Source: a virus. From it: DNA of 64,000 bases. The translations under genes were made by a program, and so were the position numbers. Positions 54,228-61,900 of this stretch are shown piece after piece. Each line of letters starts with the position of its first letter. Positions within the stretch are counted from its first letter, which is position 1. Where the stretch lies: positions 1 through 64,000 of IMG/VR virus record IMGVR_UViG_3300045988_179945; one strand, written 5' to 3'. The notes under the pieces were generated by a model. The model did no database searches and was not told the DNA's origin. It saw only the letters and a list, made by a program, of their open reading frames with translations.

Positions 54228-55301
54228 TCACCACATATTCCCATGGGAATCCATCCCTGTAGTAATAGACCCATCTGGGTTGATGTTGTCCTTGGTGATG
54301 GGAGCGAAACCCCCTCCCATAGAGTCCTTATCATTCTTCCAATCCCAAGTGCCACCAGTAGATGTTCCACCGCTGACAGAGCCTCCTGAAGAGGAGCCGG
54401 TGTTCGAATACGATGGGGCGGACTGGCTCGTCCTTCCGGAATACGAGCCGCCTACGTTCGGATATGCGTAACCGGAATAACCGCCTGACGGGGTGCCTAC
54501 AGACTGGGCTTGAGCCTGAGCCTGTTGCGCCTGTTCCTGAGCTTGCTTCTGCGCGTCGGCCTGAGCCTTGGCGTTCTTGGAATCGTTCACGGACTTCACG
54601 GCCTTGGAGAGCGTGTCATTGGCGGCGGTCAACGATTTCACGTCAGCCTTCTTGTCGCTACTGGTCTTCTTGGCGTTGTCGATGGCGGTTTTCAGGCTTT
54701 CGCGGGTCTTGTTGTCCTGTACCTTGCCTTCGGAATCCTTGTACAGGTTTTCCGCGTCGGTAATGGTCTTGTCGAGAGCAGCTTTCGCATCCTTGACCTG
54801 CTTGGCGGTCTTGGACGCCTCCACCCCGCGCATGGCCTTGCCGATGGCGTTGATGGAATCGTCAGCTTCGGTCATGTCATTGGAGATGATGGTTTTGGCC
54901 TTGGATATGCTCCGCAGATTCCACTTGGCGACGTTTCCGACGTCCGGAATGCCCTTCCGGGTTTCACTGGTCTTGACGCTCTTGTTCAACGAGTCCAACA
55001 CGGTCTTGTCAAGCACGTCCGACTCCTTCGTGGCCTTGACAAGGGATTGCGCTTCCGCAATCTTCTTCACAAGCTTCGAATCAGACTCCTTGGCCGACTC
55101 AACCCGAGACTCGTAGGAACCATACGCACTGTTCGACGCATACGCGTAGCCACCAACACCAGCGAGGACTACGATTGCCGCGATGGTGCTGGCGATGATG
55201 ACTGTCTTTTTGCTTGGCTTTTTCTTCTTGTTCTCGTTTTCCTCATCCAAGTCAAGTGGGGAGATGGTCTGGGTCTCCTCAAGGTCTTCGTTCTTTTCCA
55301 T
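54228..55301 (-). CDS. membrane-anchored coiled-coil protein with Gly/Ser-rich C-terminus (357 aa)
   Basis: AAGGAG RBS; N-terminal TM; Lys-rich helical repeats. Confidence 0.6.
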   Translation of the reverse strand: MEKNEDLEETQTISPLDLDEENENKKKKPSKKTVIIASTIAAIVVLAGVGGYAYASNSAYGSYESRVESAKESDSKLVKKIAEAQSLVKATKESDVLDKTVLDSLNKSVKTSETRKGIPDVGNVAKWNLRSISKAKTIISNDMTEADDSINAIGKAMRGVEASKTAKQVKDAKAALDKTITDAENLYKDSEGKVQDNKTRESLKTAIDNAKKTSSDKKADVKSLTAANDTLSKAVKSVNDSKNAKAQADAQKQAQEQAQQAQAQAQSVGTPSGGYSGYAYPNVGGSYSGRTSQSAPSYSNTGSSSGGSVSGGTSTGGTWDWKNDKDSMGGGFAPITKDNINPDGSITTGMDSHGNMW

Positions 55302-55369
55302 TGTTTTTTGCTCCTTCGTTTTTCTGATTTCGATTTTCCCATGGGGGGTAGGCGAACACTACTCTTTGA

Positions 55370-55391
55370 TGTGGACAAGCCCACTATAGCA
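55370..55391 (-). promoter_or_regulatory. degenerate promoter motif copy upstream of 54228-55301
   Basis: TGTGGACAAGCCCACTATAGCA on + strand. Confidence 0.4.
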
Positions 55392-55451
55392 CAAGATTGG
55401 GTGTGTTGCAATATTTACGCAAGGCAGTGAGTGTAGGAAAAATACGAAAAT

Positions 55452-55793
55452 TCAGCAATACCAACGCCTACGACGCTGATAGACGACAGGCTCATCCCAA
55501 TCCTCGTCCATTCTACCACCGTTGTATGCGACTACGGCGGCACGCAACGCGTCTCGAATCTCCGTCTCACTCCCGTAATCCGTGTACCAGTCGTCCTCAA
55601 TCCAACGCCAATCACACCATCGACGTGCGGGAACATGCGGATTCCTTTTTCTCGAATACGCGTAGCCTTTCAAGTCGATTTCCTCGAAGGAATATCCCCA
55701 ACCGAAAGTGCGGGTGCGGGAGAAATCGCATGAGCGAGCGTCCTCCTCGATGACGGAATACGGTCTGTCCTTGAATGTCCTCGACAACGGCAT
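55452..55793 (-). CDS. Trp-rich hypothetical protein (113 aa)
   Basis: ORF only; RBS spacing is poor. Confidence 0.25.
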   Translation of the reverse strand: MPLSRTFKDRPYSVIEEDARSCDFSRTRTFGWGYSFEEIDLKGYAYSRKRNPHVPARRWCDWRWIEDDWYTDYGSETEIRDALRAAVVAYNGGRMDEDWDEPVVYQRRRRWYC

Positions 55794-55819
55794 CTCCTTC
55801 CGATAGGTTACTATCCAAT

Positions 55820-55840
55820 GATAGTGGAACTGTCCACAAA
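55820..55840 (+). promoter_or_regulatory. degenerate promoter motif copy upstream of giant surface protein gene
   Basis: GATAGTGGAACTGTCCACAAA; a TTGACT-N16-TATATA sigma70-like promoter lies further downstream. Confidence 0.4.
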
Positions 55841-55960
55841 TTCAAGAACAGCGTAAAAAGCGCCTTCTCATTGTAAGAAAATCCCTTTTTTCAAAAGGTT
55901 GACTGTAACAAGTCTGATATATATGAAAGATGATGATGACAAACCTCTAGAGGAGTATCT

Positions 55961-58900
55961 ATGGTTAATCCATTGAGTAAGACTCTCCGGAAAGACAAGC
56001 CACCCATTCTGAAACGGGTAGGCAGGGCGGCTGCGGCTCTTGCAACGGCTACCGCCACATTGCTTTCGGGAGTGTTGACTACCGGGACTGCTTTTGCTAC
56101 TACGACTCTGGGACTGCCGGGGTACAACACCAACGCCAGTTTCAGCGTGACATTCAGTAACGGTCTTTCCATGTATGGCGAGCAGGTCATCGGTCCTATC
56201 GCTATGAAGGATGGCCGCTATGCCTACTGTCGAGAAGCCAGCGTCGTGACCGACCAGAATCCGAATAATGGAACTTGGTCAGAGACGTCCGACCCGACGG
56301 CGCAGAAACTCGCCTACATTGCCGATAAATATAGGAACGACGGTAGCGATTTGACCCAAGCGGCCATCACCTATCTGGTTCACATGCACTTCGATAACAG
56401 TGGTGGTCAGGAGTATATGGCCGCCGTCGGTAGGGCAGGTCTTAAGAACGGCAACTGGAATGACGTGGTCAACACCGCCAACAGGATGTGGAACGAGGCC
56501 GCCGTTCCGGCAGGAGCCAACGCTTCGGTAGCCTACACCCAAGGCAAGCGTAGAGGAACAGTGAACCCGGGCATCCTCGATTCCTCCAGACATTACATCG
56601 GCGGCATCCAATACACGCTTCACCTGAACGGTCCGGCGAAGTTCGACCAGAACAATTCGAACACCCTTTCTGGCGTCACGAACGGAAGCGAACAGCATAT
56701 TCCTTGGACCGCCACAGGAAACGGCAACGTCACAGCCACCGTGTCATACCCGAAATACAAGGCGACGCTGCTCAACTCCCCATCACAGGATTTGTTCCGA
56801 GCCGCTGACCCTGAAAACGCTACTTCCAGCGTGTCATTCAAGGTTGAAAGGGACTTCCAGCCGACCGTCACCACCAGTGTCAGCAAGAAACAGTTGACCC
56901 GTGGCTCACCGGTTCAGGACAATGTGACCTCCGGCGTCGCAACCTCCGACGACGAGTGGGCGGACGGCGTGCCCGTCAAATTCAAAGGCTACTATTTCGT
57001 AGGCGACTCCAAGCACATCCTCCAAATCATCAAGAAGAACAATGGCGAGAATCCGACCGACTATCTGAAACGTCTGCGTGAAACCGACGGCATCCGACAG
57101 GTAGCCGCCGCCACCGCCAGCTTCACCAACAGCGGCCAGACCAACAAGGTCACGGCGAAAGCCGCAACCGGAGCCATCGACTACGACACCGTGAACGGTT
57201 TGGACGACTATCAGGTGTCCGACGAGGACGCAGGACTGTTCGGAACATGGGTTTGGGTCGAAGTCAAATCCGACCAGTCCCAGCAGGACTACATCAAAGG
57301 CGATTACATCGACGAGTTCGGCAAGGCTCAGGAAACATCCGTGAGCGTTCTGCCGCCGAACCACGACTCCACCGTATTGGAGCAGGAGTCCGGCATGAAC
57401 AAGGACATCCTCGATGAAATCAACATCAGCCGACTGCCATCCGACTACAGCAAGTTCACCGGCAATACGGATTACGGTTTCAACGCCGACGCGAAAGCCA
57501 AGATTCGTGTCTGGTGGACCGGTTCCGGCACCGGCAACAAGCAAGAGGACGAGAAATACGTTCCGACCACCGAGGAGGAGCCGACCCCGGACGCCAACCA
57601 TAAGCTGATTGGCGAATGGGAGGTTCCAGCCATGAACGGCAAGTACAAGGTCGGCGGCGGCAAAATCATCCTCTATCCGAGCGACGGCAGCGACGCGAAG
57701 ACCGTAGCCGACAACGTGAACATCAAAGCGACCACCAAAGCCGAATGCGGCTACTACGTGTTCATCTACGACTTCCCCGGCTCCGACCGCGCCCAAGGGT
57801 TCAAAAGCGCGTACAACAATCCGTGGGAACGTTCCTTCATCAGTCAGGACGCCCAGACCGTCACACTGACCACCAATGTGAACAAGACCACCGTCACCCA
57901 AGGCGAGAAGTTCTACGACACGGCCACCATCGCGGGTTCCGTCCCGCGCGGCTCCTACGTCACGTTCACCGCCTACGACGCTGTGACCGGAAACCCGGAC
58001 GTGTCCACCAACAAACTGTTGGATAACAATCGTGTGAATGTCACCGACGAACAGGCCGACCATTCCGACACCACACAGTTCGAAGTGAAGTCTCCTGAAA
58101 TCAGCACCAGCAAGATTGGCAAGGTCTATTGGGTCGCCAAACTCTACAATAACAAAGGCGACGCCCTCGCTGGCCACGCCATCGGATTGGAGAACGAGAC
58201 CGTCGAAGTGGTAGGACCATCCCTCACCACCAAGACCAGCACCCAGCAGACCTACGTCGGACGTCCGTTCCACGACACCGCCGTCATCAACAACAAGATT
58301 GACGCCGGAGCCTACCTGACGTTCACCGCCTACGATGCGGTTTCCGGCAAGCCGGACACGAATGCCACGAAACTGCTCGACAACAAGCGCGTAGACATTC
58401 CCGCCGACAAAATCGCCTCCTCCGGCGCGGGCAAGAGCATCACCGTCGATTCCCCGGACGTGACCGCCACCAAGTCCGGTATCGTCTACTGGAAGGCGAC
58501 GCTCTACAACAGGGACGGCATGGAACTCGCAACCCACGAGCTTGGCGCGACCGGTGAAAGCGTCCTCATCAAGAACCCGTCCATCACCACCAAGGTCAGC
58601 AAGGAACAGGTTTCCATCAACGAGGAGTTCGCCGACACCGCCACCATCAACGGTGAATTGTCTTCCGGCGATTACGTCACCTTCGACGCTTACGCCCCGG
58701 TCTCCGACGCTCCGAACGCCCAAGGTGCGAAACTGCTCGATTCCGAGCGTGTGAACATTCCGGCAAAGGATGTTTCGGCAAGCCAGAACGGTCAGGCCAT
58801 CACCGTGACCAGTCCGAAGACCCACGCCGCCGAAGGCGGAAACGTGTATTGGAAGGCGACCCTGCACCGTGCCAACGGTGCCGTGCTCGCCACCCACGAT

Positions 58901-61900
58901 TTGGGTGTGGCCGGTGAGACCGTTCAGGTCAAATATCCGACCATCACCACGCACGTGTCCTCCACGAGCGTTGGTGTCGGCGAGGACTTCTCCGACACCG
59001 CCGAAATCAAGGGTGTCGTCCACGCGGGTGACTTCGTGGTGTTCCGCGCCTATGACGCGGTGGGCGAGAAACCGGACACGAACGCCAGCCTCCTGCTGAA
59101 AGACCAGAAAGTCAACATCACCGCAGCTCAGGCCGAAGCTTCAGCCCAGAACAAGACCGTGACTGTCAAATCCAAGACCGTCAACACCATGAACGGTGGA
59201 AACGTGTATTGGAAGGCGACCCTGTACGACAGGCAGGGACGCCAGCTCGCGACCCACGACCTTGGACTGCCGGAGGAAACCGTCACGGTTCGTCCTCCGA
59301 CCATCACCACCCAAGTGACCAAGACCAAGGTCAAGCCGAGCGAGGAGTTCTCCGACAAGGCGACCGTCAACGGCAAGGTGCTCAAAGGCTCCTACGTCAC
59401 GTTCACGGCCTACGACGCCGTGTCCGGCGACCCGGACACGAACGCTCTGAAGCTGTTGGACAACGTTCGCGTGAACATCAAGGACGCCGACGCGGAAGCG
59501 TCCGCAACCAAGAGCTTCACCGTCACCAGCCCCGTCACGCACACCGACAAGTCCGGTTCCGTGTACTGGGTGGCGGCACTGTGGTCTCCGCAGGGCAAGC
59601 AGCTCGCCACCCACGAGTTGGGTCTGCCGTCCGAAACCGTTCAGGTGAACCCGGGTGGCATCGTCACGTCCAACGCCCAGAAGATGGGTGCGACCGGCGA
59701 ACAACTGTACGATGAAATCACCGTGTACGACGAGACCAGCGAAGCCGAGTCCGCCGACGGTCAGGTTCACGAGGGCGAAGGCAACAGCAATCCGACCGGC
59801 GTCATCGGCCGAATCCCGCAAGGCTCCACCGTCACCGTGGAAATGTACCGTCAAGCCAAGGAGGACAACGGCGACAACGGCCTGTTCAAGATTGCCGAGA
59901 AGACCGTCACCTTGGACACCAACAATTTCACCGCAATCAAGGCCGGTCAGGAAGGCAACCGTCCGGGCAAGCTGACCTTCAAGGTCACCGACCCGAGCTT
60001 CAAGACCAGCAAGGCCGGAATGGTGTACTGGAAGACCACGTTGAAGACCCCGCAGGGCGGCGTGCTCGACCAGCACATCTACGGCGAATACGGTTCCGAC
60101 CACAAGACCGGCTACAAGAGCTACGAACGCACTCCGGTGCAGAAGTACTCCACCACCGTGTCCAAGAAGTGGCTGAGCGACGCAAACGGCAACTACGAGG
60201 ACAAGACCACGCAAATCTACGACGTGCTCCACCAGACCTCGTACGAGCAGTATGACGGCGAATCCATCAACGGCGACACCTACACCACCGGCGATTCCGC
60301 ACAGACCGCGAAAGGCGCCAAAGTCCAGTTCGAAATCTGGGCGAAGGACGGCGCGAACGCCGGAAGGATGGTCAAACAGTACAATGCCGAAGACCTCCCG
60401 AAGGTGCGCACGCTCGCCAAGAGCGAAGACCCCGACGAGAACCATCCATACGTGGGCGAGGACATGCTGGACAACTACCAGAACGTCAAATCCTCCACGT
60501 TCACGATTCCGTCCGACTGGTCTGCCAACAGGTACTACTACCGTGTGAAAATCACCGTTCCGACCACCACTCCGGGCACCGGCAACGACCCGACGGACAA
60601 CAATCGTGATGTCGTCTGGTACGGCGGCGACGACGAGTCCGAAGAGTTCGACGTGATTCACATGGACACCACAAGCACCGAACCCCTGTGGCTCGACAGC
60701 ATGAACGTGTCCGACGAAATCACGTTGAAGGGCAACATTCCGGCAGGTTCCCAGTATGAGGCCGAACTGTGGCGCACCAGCAAGGACGGCAACGTACGCA
60801 AGGACGCCGCCACCAAGCAGGATGATTCCGACCACAACGGCATCGCCTCCGAAAAGGTCGCCACCACCGGTCGCGTGGACGTCCCGTCCAAGGCCGTCGG
60901 CGCTCACCTCAACGGAGTCACCTTCCGTTCCAAGAGCGTGAAGAACCCGGGCGTCGGCTCCTACATCTGGCGTGTGAAAATCTACACTCCGGAAATGCCC
61001 CACAAGGATGGCAACGGCGTCGGAACCGGTGGAGACACCAGCATGAACCCGTCGTTCGGCGTCATCACCAAGGAGTGGATGACCGCCGCAAAGGCTACCA
61101 CTCAGGCCGATGACACACAGGCTGGCGACTACTGGCAGAACGCCACCGCCAAGCAGAAAGGCAACGGCGACGGCTACGCCGACCGTTGGCTCCTGTTCGA
61201 CGGACGGAACGTCGCATCCGAGAAGTTCGAGGTCGTGAAGCTGACCACGAACGTGACCGGCACTCCGAACATCCACACCAGCGAAGGCGAGCATTACGTC
61301 GATGTCACCAACGGCAACGACGTGAACGACAAGCTCACCATCACCGGCTACATGCTTAGGGATTACAAGGTCGCGTTCAAGCTGTACAAGCAGGCCGAGA
61401 ATCAGACCGCCGACAAGGACACCGTCGTCAAGACCCTCGACCCGGTTGCCCTGACCGAAGCGCAGAAGACCCTCGACTCCGCCACCGTGCATCTGACCGA
61501 ACCCGCCGACTACTACTGGCAGTGGGTGTTCACCAAGCCGGATGGCACCGCCTTCCAGCCTGACAACACCAATCCTGCGGTCTCCGACAAGCGCATCAAG
61601 GACGAGTCCTTCCACGCCGTCCGTGTGACCACCAGCACGTACAAGTGGGCTTCCAAGAACGGAACCGTTCAGGATGTCGCACGACTCGAAGGCCACCTGC
61701 CTGAGAACGCGACGCTCACCTTCGAAATGCACGACTACGCTACCGGAAAGAAGGTCGCCTCCACCAAGGCCGCCACCCTCAAGGAGCTTGGCTTCGACAA
61801 GTCCAGCATCGACCAGCAGTTGACCAGTCCGAGCCTCAAGGTTCCGGACGCCATCGACTATTACTGGGTCGAGGTTCTGAACCTGCCGAAGGACGACCAG

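Noticed and set aside
55397-55753. Plus-strand Arg-rich 118-aa ORF overlapping 55452-55793
   Set aside because: Composition is typical of a spurious high-GC frame. The minus-strand Trp-rich ORF is retained only at low confidence.
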